64,000 bases of DNA from contig NIVC01000491.1 in the NCBI GenBank assembly GCA_002269645.1, positions 248,001 to 312,000 of the forward strand, given 5' to 3'. This document shows positions 1-12,387 of the stretch, piece after piece. This DNA comes from Macrostomum lignano (taxonomy: Eukaryota). Each line of letters opens with the position of its first letter. Position 1 is the stretch's first letter. Below the pieces are notes generated by a model that was not told the DNA's origin, did not search any database, and was given only the letters and a program-made list of their open reading frames with translations. The position numbers and the translations under genes are program-made.

Positions 1-312
1 ATCCAGGGTTGTAAAACTGGAATAGCTAGTTAGGTTAAATGAATTTATTATGGAACCCAGCTAGTCTTATCAGTCTAGCGCAGCAGTCTGCAGTGTACAT
101 TTGAAGTCTAATAAACAGTGTACATTCCAACCCTCTGCTCTCTCTCTCCACTCTATACATTACTGCTTTCTGAAATACACATATATATATACCGCCAAGC
201 GCACTTAATCGAGTACGTAACGTAGATTGTAGATTTTCCATGTAGATTGTTATGAATTCACTTTGGTCACAAAGAAAGATTGAGAAATATTCAATTAACA
301 ATATATTGATTC

Positions 313-1358
313 AAGTCTTCTCCTAATCTCACCTATAATTTGAGAAACCTGCTAATCTCACCCATGAGATAGCAAGCTCCCCAAATCTCACCCATGAGAT
401 AACTAGCTCCCCGAATCTCATCCATGAGATAGCAAGCACCCCGATCTCACCCATAAGATAGCTAGCTCCCCGAATCTCACCCATGAGACAGCAAGGCCCT
501 GAATCTCACCCATGAGATAGCAAAGCCCCTGAATCTCACTCATGAGATAGCAAGCTCCCCGAATCTCACCCATGAGATAGAAAGCTTTCCGAATCTCACC
601 CATGAGATAGCAAGTCCCAAATCTCACCCATGAGATAGCTAGCTCCCTGAATCTCACCCATGAGATAGCTAGCTCCCCGAATCTCACCCATGAGATAGAA
701 AGCTTTCCGAATATCACCCATGAGATAGCTAGCTCCCTGAATCTCACCCATGAAATAGCTAGCTCCCCGAATCTCACCCATGAGATAGCAAGGCCCCTGA
801 ATCTCACCCATGTGATAGCAAAGCCCCTGAATCTCACCCATGAGATAGCAAAGCCCCTGAATCTCACCCATGAGATAGCAAGGCCCCTGAATCTCACCCA
901 TGTGATAGCAAGGCCCCTGAATCTCACCCATGAGATAGCAAAGCCCCTGAATCTCACCCATGAGATAGCAAGGCCCCTGAATCTCACCCATGAGATAGCA
1001 AGGCCCCTGAATCTCACCCATGAGATAGCAAGGCCCCTGAATCTCACCCATGAGATAGCAAGGCCCCTGAATCTCACCCATGAGATAGCAAGGCCCCTGA
1101 ATCTCACCCATGAGATAGCAAGGCCCCTGAATCTCACCCATGAGATAGCAAGGCCCCTGAATCTCACCCATGTGATAGCAAAGCCCCTGAATCTCACCCA
1201 TGAGATAGCAAAGCCCCTGAATCTCACCCATGAGATAGCAAGGCCCCTGAATCTCACCCATGTGATAGCAAAGCCCCTGAATCTCACCCATGAGATAGCA
1301 AAGCCCCTGAATCTCACCCATGAGATAGCAAGGCCCCTGAATCTCACCCATGAGATAA
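313..1358. repeat. 30-bp minisatellite (gagatagcaaggcccctgaatctcacccat)n
   Basis: Direct tandem periodicity of 30 nt; explains spurious ORFs 418..1584, 596..1351 and 812..1399. Confidence 0.95.
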
Positions 1359-1365
1359 CAAGCTC

Positions 1366-1556
1366 ACCCACGAAAACGAAAGTGGCAAAAAGTGATTGAC
1401 AATTCCCAATAACGAAAGAACTCGAAAAGCATTGCCCAAATTTACATGTTGAAATTGAAAAAAATGAATAAAATCTTTCAATGATGAAATATTTCCTGCT
1501 TGAAGAAAGCTGGTCAAATAGGAATACATTGCAGCTAAGGCAGTTTCGAAGACGGC
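1366..1556 (-). CDS. Possible internal exon of an unidentified gene (hydrophobic peptide AVFETALAAMYSYLTSF...PLSFSW)
   Basis: Open frame bounded by a ttgcag acceptor and TGG|gtgag donor on the minus strand; no family recognised. Confidence 0.3.
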
Positions 1557-1875
1557 TGCAATGACTGAATAGATTTTTTTGCACTTTCTGTCAGCTTTAT
1601 TTATTGCTTTTAACAAACAGAATGTTTAGGGTTATAAGTAACAAAAATAAAATATAACACGACGCTTATGAATGTACATGCAATAATAATTAGAAGTTTT
1701 ACTAAGAAAATAATTAGGACAAAAATGCTAGCGACTACTGTTGAATTTGATATCAAGTAGTATAAATTTTGAGTAAATTGCGCGCAAATTAATATTTGAT
1801 TTTGAAATGCTTTAAGTAGAAATAAAATTGTATAAATGTTCACTGGATTTCAGATTGAGACACAGAACTACAGCA

Positions 1876-2505
1876 TCGGGACTCATTAGCTTCAGGATCG
1901 GGACTCATTAGCTTGAGGATCGGGACTAATTAGCTTGAGGATGGGGACTCATTAGCTTCAGGATTGGGACTCATTAGCTTCAGGATCTGGACTCAGTAGC
2001 TTTAGCATCGGGACTCATTAGCTTCAGGATCGGGACTCATTAGCTTCAGGATCAGGACTCATTAGCTTCAGGATCGGGACTAATTAGCTTAAGGAAGGGG
2101 ACTCATTAGCTTCAGGATTGGGACTTATTAGCTTCAGAACCGGGACTCATAAGCTAAAGGATGGGGACTTATTAGCTTCAGGATCTGGACTCATTAGCTT
2201 CAGGATCGGGATTTGTAGCTTTAGCATCGGGACTCATTAGCTTCAGGATCGGGATTTGTAGCTTTAGCATCGGGACTCATTAGCTTCAGGATCGGGATTT
2301 GTAGCTTTAGCATCGGGACTCATTAGCTTCAGGATCGGGATTTGTAGCTTTAGCATCGGGACTCATTAGCTTCAGGATCGGGATTTGTAGCTTTAGCATC
2401 GGGACTCATTAGCTTCAGGATCGGGATTTGTAGCTTTAGCATCGGGACTCATTAGCTTCAGGATCGGGATTTGTAGCTTTAGCATCGGGACTCATTAGCT
2501 TCAGC
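1876..2505. repeat. 22/21-bp minisatellite forming a 43-bp higher-order repeat
   Basis: atcgggactcattagcttcagg alternating with atcgggatttgtagctttagc. Confidence 0.9.
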
Positions 2506-2673
2506 ATTGAAACTGTAACTTTAAAAGTGGGATTCATATCGCACTCCGGATTAAAAAGCTGCAGTAGTTATTGACAATGATAATAAAAACGCACAGCAAA
2601 TCGTACAAGAGTTTGGCTTTCATATAAAAAGCATCAGTTGGGAATAAAATGATGGAGCAGTTCAGTCAGACAC

Positions 2674-3501
2674 TCAATCGAATCGCAGCCTAGGCAATGG
2701 CTTAGGAGCTTCAGCAGCCACCACAGCTTTTCGAACTGGCAGCTTACTGCCGAATACCCGGCCGCCGCCGCTAGCGGCAATGTATTGTCGAGTTGGCGAA
2801 GCGCTGCTCGCATCGACACCGCCGGTAAACCCGCGTCGACTGCCAGCAACAGTTTTAGCTAACTGCCTATTATTGTTCCACTTCAGGTCGCTACTCTTAG
2901 TAGTAGAAGAAGCCAGCTTGCGAGAAGGCTTCGGCTCGGTCACTGGGACGCGCCTCGGCATAGTGGCTACTGGTGACAAATTCTTCTGCTGCTGTAATTG
3001 TTGCTTTTTTCCGCTTCTTCCAGCGCCAGCATTAGCTGCAGACTGATGATTGTCTTCTTTTACGAGAATGCGCCGGGGCATATCTGCTATTGGAATTGCA
3101 GGAGCCTTCTTACTGACAGCATCTTTAGTCGCAGAAGAAGACAACTTTCGATGAGATTCGTTAGTCACGCCGACTAGAATGCGCCGGGGAAAATCGGCTA
3201 CGCAACCAGTACTCGCAGGGGCGGCTGCTGGCGAATCAAAGTCCAGCTTGACAGCCGATGAGGGGAATGGCTCGCCAGCGAACTGGACTCTACGCTGTTT
3301 CTGGCGTCCGCCGCCTACTGTTGCCGGGGCTTTGGCCACACGCGGCCGGCGTTTCATTGCGACCGAATTACTATTATCAGGCCGCTGCTGATCTGAGGGC
3401 GACAGTGATGGCACTATTGGCCGGGGCGTTGTCAAGCTGAGTGATGTCGTCTCTGGCGACAGAGTGAATGTGCCGTTCAACTTGCTTCCGGGCGGAGTAT
3501 C
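2674..3501 (-). CDS. Low-complexity basic/Ser/Pro-rich protein, unidentified (terminal exon, or single-exon CDS from ATG 3357, ~227 aa)
   Basis: ORF 2674..3525 is GC-rich in an AT-rich background; ttgcag acceptor at ~3502; first downstream ATG (3357, MKRRPR) is in frame; internal repeats (MPRRILV x3). Confidence 0.5.
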   Translation of the reverse strand, partial: DTPPGSKLNGTFTLSPETTSLSLTTPRPIVPSLSPSDQQRPDNSNSVAMKRRPRVAKAPATVGGGRQKQRRVQFAGEPFPSSAVKLDFDSPAAAPASTGCVADFPRRILVGVTNESHRKLSSSATKDAVSKKAPAIPIADMPRRILVKEDNHQSAANAGAGRSGKKQQLQQQKNLSPVATMPRRVPVTEPKPSRKLASSTTKSSDLKWNNNRQLAKTVAGSRRGFTGGVDASSASPTRQYIAASGGGRVFGSKLPVRKAVVAAEAPKPLPRLRFD

Positions 3502-3529
3502 CTGCAATTGGTGTTGTTTAGGCAAGGTT

Positions 3530-4015
3530 CTTAGGGCAGTTTAGGGGAGGTTTTTATGGCAGTTTAGGGGAGGTTTTTATGGCAGTTTAGGGGAGGTTTT
3601 TTGGCAGTTTAGGGGAGGTTTTTTGGCAGTTTAGGGGAGGTTTTTTTGGCAGTTTAAGGGAGGTTTTTTTGGCAGTTTAGGGGAGGTTGTTACGACAGTT
3701 TAAGAGGAGGTTGTTACGACAGTTTAAGAGGAGGTTGTTACGACAGTTTAAGAGGAGGTTGTTACGACAGTTTAAGAGGAGGTTGTTACGACAGTTTAGG
3801 GGAGGATTTATGGCAGTTTAGGAACAATTATAAAGGCAGTTTAGGGGTGATTCTTAAAGCAGTTTGGGGCGATTCTTAGGAGAGTTTAGTGGCGATTTTT
3901 AGGACAGTTTAGGAAAGGTTCTCAAGGTAGTTAGGGGCGATTCTCAGGGCAGTTTAGTGGCGATTTTTAGGACAGTTTAGGGGTGATTCTAAGGGCAGTT
4001 TAGGGGCGATCGTTA
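3530..4015. repeat. ~21-bp degenerate minisatellite (ggcagtttaggggaggtttt)
   Basis: Visible tandem periodicity. Confidence 0.85.
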
Positions 4016-5069
4016 GCAGCTTCAGTACTAATTTTTTAAATCAAAGAAAAATACAGAAAGAACAATAATTGCGTCCACGCGCATATACTGCTACTGATAC
4101 ACTTGCAAGTAGAAGTAGTGCGTATAATAAAAATTAATGCTGCACAAAACAGTCAAGACAGTTAGAAAAACTTCATTTCATACATAATGTCATGCAATAA
4201 AAATGGCAGCGGATAGGATTGAGTTAGTCAAACGGGCAAACAAGTAGAACAGAATGTGTGTGTAAATATACGAGAAATATTGTAATAAAAATCGAACAGC
4301 AAATAAGCGGCATACTTTGTAAAACAAAATTAGCTGTTATTTTTTTCAGACAAAAATGTGTGCACTAAAATATTTGTTTAAATATGAGCATACGATTATT
4401 AAGATAATATTTTTTAGAGACGGAATGTACCTATATATGCGAATGCATGCTTTCTTTTAGCAAAAAAGATTAATATATCCACATAGTACACTACTATATT
4501 AAAAATAAATAAGTAGTAAGGCTGAATATTATAAAACATTAATATATAAACTCAAGTCATTAAAATATTTAAATTGAAACTTCGGAATGCCAGAACTAAA
4601 TTATAAATAACTTTTAGATTAGTTCATATTTTCTAGTTCATAACTGAGAATGCAAGGCACAAGATGATATATTTAGTTTTATAATATAAAATTAACGTCA
4701 ACAAAAACAAATGTAATCTATACATATAGGTTTATTGTAGACCTGAAATTCATAGAATATATAGAGCTTAATTTGTAACTAAAAGTATTAACTAAACAGA
4801 TATTACAAAAGACGAAAAAAGTCTGTTTACATTTTACAAATAAAATAATAGTTTTATTTTTTTGTGTGACCGGTGCAAATATCACAGACAGAAGACAGAT
4901 TCTGCTTCAAGACTGTCCTCGAAGCATAATGAAGTCGACAGCAAAATAATAAAGTTGTGTCAACTTACAGACCAATACTTGCATATTAAAAATTAAAATT
5001 ACATGGCTGCCACTGTGAATCTTTTGACAGCTAATTGTAATTGGTAAAAATATCAACAACTATCAACTT

Positions 5070-5897
5070 CGGGTACTCAGACTGTAAGTCCTCAGCGTCC
5101 TCAGATTGTAAGCCCTCAGCGTCCTGAGACTGTAAACCCTCAGTGTACTCAGACTGTAAGCCCCTCAGTGTCCTGAGACTGTAAACCCTCAGTGTACTCA
5201 GACTGTAAGCCCCTCAGTGTCCTGAGACTGTAAACCCTCAGTGTACTCAGACTGTAAGCCCTCATGGCCTCAGGGTACTCAGACAGTAAGCTCCAAGGGT
5301 ACTCAGACTGTAAGGTCCAAGGGTACTCAAACTCTAAGCTCCAAGGGTACTCAGACTGTAAGCTCCAAGGGTACTGACTGTAAGCTCCAAGGGTACTCAG
5401 ACTGTAAGCTCCAAGGGTACTCAGACTGTAAGCTCCAAGGGTACTGACTGTAAGCTCCAAGGGTACTCAGACTGTAAGCTCCAAGGGTACTCAGACTGTA
5501 AGCCCCTCAGCGTCCTGAGACTGTAAACCCTCAGTGTACTCAGACTGTAAGCCCTCATGGCCTCAGAGTACTCAGACAGTAAGCTCCAAGGGTACTCAGA
5601 CTGTAAGCTCCAAGGGTACTGACTGTAAGCTCCAAGGGTACTCAGACTGTAAGCTCCAAGGGTACTCAGACTGTAAGCCCCTCAGCGTCCTGAGACTGTA
5701 AACCCTCAGTGTACTCAGACTGTAAGCCCTCATGGCCTCAGAGTACTCAGACAGTAAGCTCCAAGGGTACTCAGACTGTAAGCTCCAAGGGTACTGACTG
5801 TAAGCTCCAAGGGTACTCAGACTGTAAGCTCCTAGGGTACTGACTGTAAGCTCCAAGGGTACTCAGACTGTAAGCTCCAAGGGTACTCAGACTGTAA
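5070..5897. repeat. 24-bp minisatellite (cagactgtaagctccaagggtact) with 49-bp variants
   Basis: Visible tandem periodicity. Confidence 0.9.
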
Positions 5898-6075
5898 TCC
5901 GGTTTCATCAAAACCACGTTCCCCAGTTGACATAATTAAATAAACAATATTACAATGACACAAAAAACACACAATAGACAGCACATACAATGGCAGTTTA
6001 AAAGAATAAAAATCAAAAAAAATTGGATCAAACTACTTGGACAGGCAGCGCAAGTGGCCGAACAAGAATCCAGTT

Positions 6076-9000
6076 TCACATTGGAACAGACGGCTTACTA
6101 GTCACAGCCGTGGTAAGCCCGCCGTGCTGCAATTTGTAAGTGCTCCGGCCCCAGAACACTCGCCTAGGATTAGCTAATCCCTGGGCGTACACAATCCAAT
6201 TAAGCAGTTCTCTAAGCCACCAGGCGGCTAGAAAGGCCGGGAATGAGAATGGCAATGGGCCGTTTTGAATACGCTTCAATTGAGCGTAGTCTAACACAAT
6301 CCACACTGCGAGATGAACCAGCATAGCACAGTAGGGATTCACGTCGAATAGATAATAGACAGCCCAAGAGGTGTAAGCTCCCAATAGCAGACTCTCAGTC
6401 AGCGGCTCCAGCACCAGGGTCACAACCGGCATCATGCTGAGCCTCAGACGCCACCAACGAACCATTCGATCTTTGTAACTGGGTAGAGACGCCGTAGCAA
6501 CCATCTGTTCGGCTGGGAACGCCGACAATACCAGCTGATAGCCGGAAATGAGTAAATCTCTCGATAAGCAGAAATCTTCGGCCAGGTAGCGACCATAATA
6601 GGCTAATCCGCCTACCTTATCCAGATAAGGCTTACGGACTAAATAGCTCATGCCGGTGAATATGTGAGTACCCAATTGGCTCAGCGACAGGTACTGCTTG
6701 CCTAAATTGCAGCCAAATGCCACCTTCTCAACAATAGCAGCCATGCCGTGTACAGAGTCGTTGCGCATGAACGGCAGCTGGTGGACAATGGCCACGGTGG
6801 GGTCTTGTACAGCCCGAGCAACTAGGTCCATCAAAATCGGCGTCGAGGCCCGGATGCGAGAGGTGGACACCCAGACTAAATCGTGTTTGGCATTCTCGTA
6901 AGCTGGCACCATGTTGTGCACCATTGGATTCACTATGCCGTCTTTGCCACCTGCAATGCATAGGTGGAAAATATTAAAAGTAAAGTAATTAGAAGATAGG
7001 AGAAAAAGAACTGAGTGAGATGAGAGATGGATGAGAAACAGAACTGAGTGAGAGGAGAGATGGGTGAGAAAGAGAACTGAGAGAGAGACGTCGAGAGAGA
7101 TGTATGAGAAAGAGAACTGAGAGAGACAAGAGAACTAAGTGAGAGGAGAGATGGATGAGAAACAGAACTGAGTGAGAGGAGAGATGGATGAGAAACAGAA
7201 CTGAGTGAGAGGAGAGATGGATGAGAAACAGAACTGAGTGAGAGGAGAGATGGATGAGAAACAGAACTGAGTAAGAGGAGAGATGGATGAGAAACAGAAC
7301 TGAGTAAGAGGAGAGATGGAGGAGAAAGAGAACTAAGAGAGGAGAGATGAGAAAGAGAACTAAGATAAAAGCAAAATAAGAAAACTCGTACAGCGCTATG
7401 TACTAAACACCGACAATATAGAAAAACTTATTACTGTGTGGTGAGTCAGTTATGTCGCTAATTGGTTACTTGGCACTTTAAGCGTACTCAAGTACGCTGC
7501 TATAGATACGAGAATTCCTTAAAACACGCATGAAAGCTTTCAATTGACAAGAGAGACACAGAAGAATAGGCACAGCTACTGTCTTACTCTAACCCTTGGT
7601 AGGCAAGTCTGTGTGTGAAGGTATGCATTCAAAAAATGAATGCGCTCTGTGCATTTCAAATAAAACTCTCGTCTCTTCCCCCCACAACTCATCTTTCTCT
7701 CTATCTGGTAGTATCTAGCTGAGACTAGCCGGGGAAACTACTCAAACAATTTCTTTCTCAACCTCTCTACTCAGCTATTATATTGAGCAAAAGTTTAACT
7801 TGCTGTTTAGATAAACCTCATGTGTATAATTAATAGATCCGGTATCAATGCATCTTAGTGGCTCCCCAATTCAATAAATGAATTATTTAATATTATTTTT
7901 TTGCATTACTGCAGTGTATTTGCTATGCATGCACTTAGTAATTTTATACTGTACTGCACTAATCAGCGCGATATAATGTAACTCAACACGACAGCCTAGG
8001 GAAGGGCGTCGTGATAATTATAGGCAGCTAATCTCTTTATTACAATTAGACAATGCTGTCCGTTAGTCAGTCAGTGAGTCAGTCAGTGAGTCAGTCAGTC
8101 AGTGAGTCAGTCAGTGAGTCAGTCAGTGAGTGAGTCAGTCAGTGAGTGAGTCAGTGAGTGAGTCAGTCAGTGAGTCAGTCAGTGAGTCAGTCAGTGAGTC
8201 AGTCAGTGAGTGAGTCAGTCAGTCAGTGAGTCAGTCAGTCAGTGAGTCAGTCAGTGAGTCAGTCAGTGAGTCAGTCAGTGAGTCAGTCAGTCAGTGAGTC
8301 AGTCAGTCAGTAAGTCAGTGAGTCAGTCAGTCAGTCAGTCAGTGAGTCAGTCAGTCAGTGAGTCAGTCAGTCAGTGAGTGAGTGAGTCAGTCAGTCAGTC
8401 AGTGAGTCAGTCAGTGAGTCAGTCAGTCAGTAAGTCAGTGAGTCAGTCAGTGAGTCAGTCAGTCAGTAAGTCAGTGAGTCAGTCAGTCAGTGAGTCAGTC
8501 AGTCAGTCAGTGAGTCAGTCAGACAGTCAGTCAGTCAGACAGTGAGTCAGTCAGTGAGTCAGTCAGTCAGTCAGTCAGTCAGACAGTGAGTCAGTCAGTC
8601 AGTCAGTCAGTCAGTCAGTCAGTCAGACAGTGAGTCAGTCAGTCCCTAGCAACTCACCAATAAACAGCCGGCAGTCAACATTGGGAAAGCGCTCCCGCAG
8701 GTTATTAACCAGGCCAATGACCGGATCCTGCTCGTCCTGAACGCACAGCAGCAGCTCATATTTGGGGTACTGCAAAGTGAAATGCGACTCAAGGTTGCCC
8801 TCCAAAAAGGTGTCGATGCCCATCAGCGGTTTGACAATGCTGACGCCTGGCAGGCTGCCGCTCATGTCCGCTAAGGACTTCGGCCGGTGCAGGTGGTAGC
8901 GGCTGAAATTGAATGGTCGGTTAAACCTTTAGTGACTGAATGCTCATTGTGTGCTCTTGTTCAGTAGTTGCGGGAGTTGGGAAGATAAGAGATCTAGATA

Positions 9001-10170
9001 CCTAGGATGGATGGCAGATAGATGTGTGACATGGGAGATCTAGATACCTAAGATAGATGGCAGATAGATGCGTGACATGGGAGATCTAGATACCTAGGAT
9101 AGCTGGCAGATAGATGTGTGACATGGGAGATTTAGATACCTAAGATAGATGGCAGATAGATGCGTGACATGGGAGATCTAGATACCTAAGATAGATGGCA
9201 GATAGATGCGTGACATGGAATATCTAGATACCTAGGATAGTTGGCAGATAGATGCGTGACATGGGAGATCTAGATACCTAGGATAGCTGGCAGATAGATG
9301 CGTGACATGGGAGATTTAGATACCTAGGATAGATGGCAGATAGATGTGTGACATGGGAGATCTAGATACCTAGGATAGATGGCAGATAGATGTGTGACAT
9401 GAGAGATCTAGATACCTAGGATAGTTGGCAGATAGATGTGTGACATGGGAGATCTAGATACCTAGGATAGATGGCAGATAGATGTGTGACATGAGAGATC
9501 TAGATACCTAAGATAGATGGCAGATAGATGCGTGACATGGAATATCTAGATACCTAGGATAGCTGGCAGATAGATGTGTGACATGGGAGATCTAGATACC
9601 TAGGATAGTTGGCAGATAGATGCGTGACATGGGAGATTTAGATACCTAGGATAGATGGCAGATAGATGCGTGACATGGGAGATCTAGATACCTAGGATAG
9701 ATGGCAGATAGATGTGTGACATGGGAGATCTAGATACCTAGGATAGATGGCAGATAGATGTGTGACATGGGAGATCTAGATACCTAGGATAGATGGCAGA
9801 TAGATGTGTGACATGGGAGATCTAGATACCTAAGATAGATGTGTGACATGGGAGATCTAGATACCTAGGATAGATAGTTGGCAGATAGATGTGTGGAATT
9901 AGATATCTAGATACCTAAGATAGTTGGCAGATACCTGATAAGATTAAAGTGTCCCCACATCACTCACCAAGTATACCAAGCAATACCAAAGAACACCATC
10001 TGGTAGATCCACATCACCAGTGGAGGTATAGCCAATGAAAATAGAATATACGCCAGCACCAGATCGTTAACTGGCGTATCCGCCGCTCCAGACGATCCCG
10101 CCCCAGCCGACCAAGTGCCGAACATGCCGCTGTAACACAAAAAAACCAGCAGAAGTTTATTATGAAACAT
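6076..10170 (-). CDS. UGCG: Ceramide glucosyltransferase-like GT21 protein; 3 exons 10170-9968, 8902-8658, 6950-6076 (~440 aa)
   Basis: Motifs LPGVSIVKPLMG, YELLLCVQDEQDP, GGKDGIVNP, TGMSYLVRK, LAEDF, RMVRW, LEPLTES; GT-AG junctions keep the frame (phases 2 and 1). Confidence 0.88.
7000..7370. repeat. 33-bp purine-rich minisatellite in UGCG intron 2
   Basis: gagtgagaggagagatggatgagaaacagaact repeats. Confidence 0.9.
8065..8643. repeat. (AGTC/AGTG)n microsatellite in UGCG intron 2
   Basis: Tetranucleotide run abutting the exon 2 donor. Confidence 0.95.
8990..9935. repeat. 46-bp minisatellite in UGCG intron 1
   Basis: gagatctagatacctaggatagatggcagatagatgtgtgacatgg repeats. Confidence 0.95.
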
Positions 10171-10975
10171 TTCCTAATGCAGTTTTCTATCGTTAATAGA
10201 CTAGCTTAGCTTACCTAGTATCAGAGTACAAGAAATCAATAGTATCGCTTACTAATGACATATAAAAGCTAAACTAAATAGAAAAATAACACAATTAAAA
10301 AAGCAGAATAAAATACAAGAATAGATATAGTTGAACAACCATATGGAAAGATAAGGCTGTGTTTAAAGAGAGAGTCTGAGGGGTAGTGGATGAAGCGAGA
10401 GGCTGGTGAATAGGAGACAAAACAATAACGAACGCACAAGTGAAGCGGGAAGGAAAGGAAAGAGAGTACACATACTCACACAGGCATTGCATGGGTAGGT
10501 GATGTGCATTATCGGATTTTTTTCTGCAAGTCTATTTTTATATTCATTGTACGCAAGCTCAACATACTGAATGGAAGTGCAGAAGAGGCTCTGGAGTCTC
10601 AGATAGATAATTCAGAACTAATATAGGGATTAAGACAGACGCCCGTATTATAGAGTACTAATCTCCTATCAATATCTGTAGGATTAGTAAATAGGAAGGA
10701 CTACCTTTTAATTAAGAAAAAAAAAATTTAAATCCGTAACTCAACATAAAAGTTTGCCAAAGCTTATTGTTCAAAGTTGCAATTTGCAATTTGTACTTTT
10801 AAGAATAAAAGGTTCATCGCTTGCACAAGCTGACTGACGTACTCGTACATATACACAACAGCATTATTTATTTTAGGACTGATTTTAAAACAATGCTTTA
10901 TAAGTTTAAGATAAGTAGAGAATGCAACAGACAACGAGAAGTAATAAGTCAAATATATAGCCAAAACTTGATCAG

Positions 10976-12309
10976 CTAGTATTGAGAAGTCGATGGCGGC
11001 GGAGGCGGCGGCGGAGGCGGCGGTGGCGGCGGTGGGGGCGCTCGAACCGGAGGCGGTGGAGGAGGAGGCGGCGGCGGTGGAGGAAGCGTCGGGGGCGGAG
11101 GCGGTGGTGGCGGCGGCGGAGCGGACATGGAGACAGGCGGCGGAGGAGGCGGTGGCGGCTGCTGCATAGCCAGCTGCATTTGAGCAGCCGCAGCCTTAGC
11201 TTTCTGAGTCTCCAGATCGCGCAGCACTCCGCTAGTCCGGCCGCCCATACCGCCGAAACCGCCGCCAGAGTCTAGGCGGAATGCGAATTGAAAGAAGAAT
11301 TGTTTAGCATCCTTGTTCCAGTGAGACCACAGGCGTTTGCTGTCTTTGTCAACTTCTCTGGAGGGCACTTTGAATGCGATGGTCTCGTAGGGCTCGGCAG
11401 CGAATAGCAGGTACTGCCAGAGACGGTCGGGCGGCTCGACACGCTGCTCGTAGGCGCTCATGAATCTGGCGAATGCGGTGTTGCGATTAATGGGAGAGTG
11501 AGTTCGGTTACCAGGGGCGAGGGGGTGGTTTCAAGCTGAGTAGAGTGCGCTATCGGTGTGGTAAAGATAGGTGATTTTGGGGTGTGGTAAAAGTATATGA
11601 AGAGTGTGGTAAATGGAGTATTGCACAGGAGACAATGGAGTGTGGTAATGGAGTATTGTACAGGAGACAGTGGGAGTGTGGTAAACTGATTATTCTAAAT
11701 GAGACAGTGGAGTGTGGTAAACTGACTATTCTAATTGAGACAGTGGAGTGTGGTAAGCTGACTATTCTAAATGAGACAGTGGAGTGTGGTAAGCTGACTA
11801 TTATACAGGACAGTGGAGTGTGGTAAATGGACGTTTCTAAACGTAGTAAACGACAAAGTACCTGTGCCTCGGCAGCACTCCCTCGGCAATTTCAGGATAA
11901 TCAATCTGAAACAGCATAGACTGCTGTCCGGAATCCGGGTCCCGCTGTTTGGTCACTTTATAACCAGGCAAACCAATTTTAACGAATCGTTTCGGATCCA
12001 CCCTGGGCTTCTCAGGAGCCGGCTGCACAGGCGAATCTTTAGCCATTTCAGCGGCTCGCCTAGCCAAATTCTGTTGATGCTTTTTACCCTGAGTATGAGC
12101 CAAATAGCTGCCTTCGTTGTTGTGCAGAGTTAAACAGAGCTTGCACTCGTAAGTGCCCAAGTGATTCTTCATAAAGTAGGGATCTTTCTGCAGATCGATA
12201 GTCTCCAAAGCCAGCTGGCGAAGTCGCTCCGACGGTCCCTGTTGGAATCCGACCAAGAGGCGACGCCGCCTGTGCCGGTCTTGCCGCCTGGCCTGTGTTG
12301 AAAGTCCAT
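10976..12309 (-). CDS. SF3A2: Splicing factor 3A subunit 2 (SAP62/PRP11); exons 12309-11862 and 11465-10976; apparent 1-nt deletion at ~12229
   Basis: MDFQHRPGGKTG start; YECKLCLTLHNNEGSYLAHTQGKKH zinc finger; HR|FMSAYEQ across a GT-AG intron; polyproline tail. Confidence 0.93.
11575..11825. repeat. ~36-bp minisatellite in the SF3A2 intron
   Basis: gagacagtggagtgtggtaaactgactattctaaat repeats. Confidence 0.85.
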
Positions 12310-12387
12310 GATGGCTTGAGAGGTCGGTAGATGCGCTGCAATGACAGGGTGCCAGATTGCTAGATGGACTGGTCTGTATTGAACCTT

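Noticed and set aside
418-1584. Long ORFs over repeats (also 5149-5856, 14654-15620, 28773-33187)
   Set aside because: Translations of stop-free tandem repeats in several frames at once; no coding signal.
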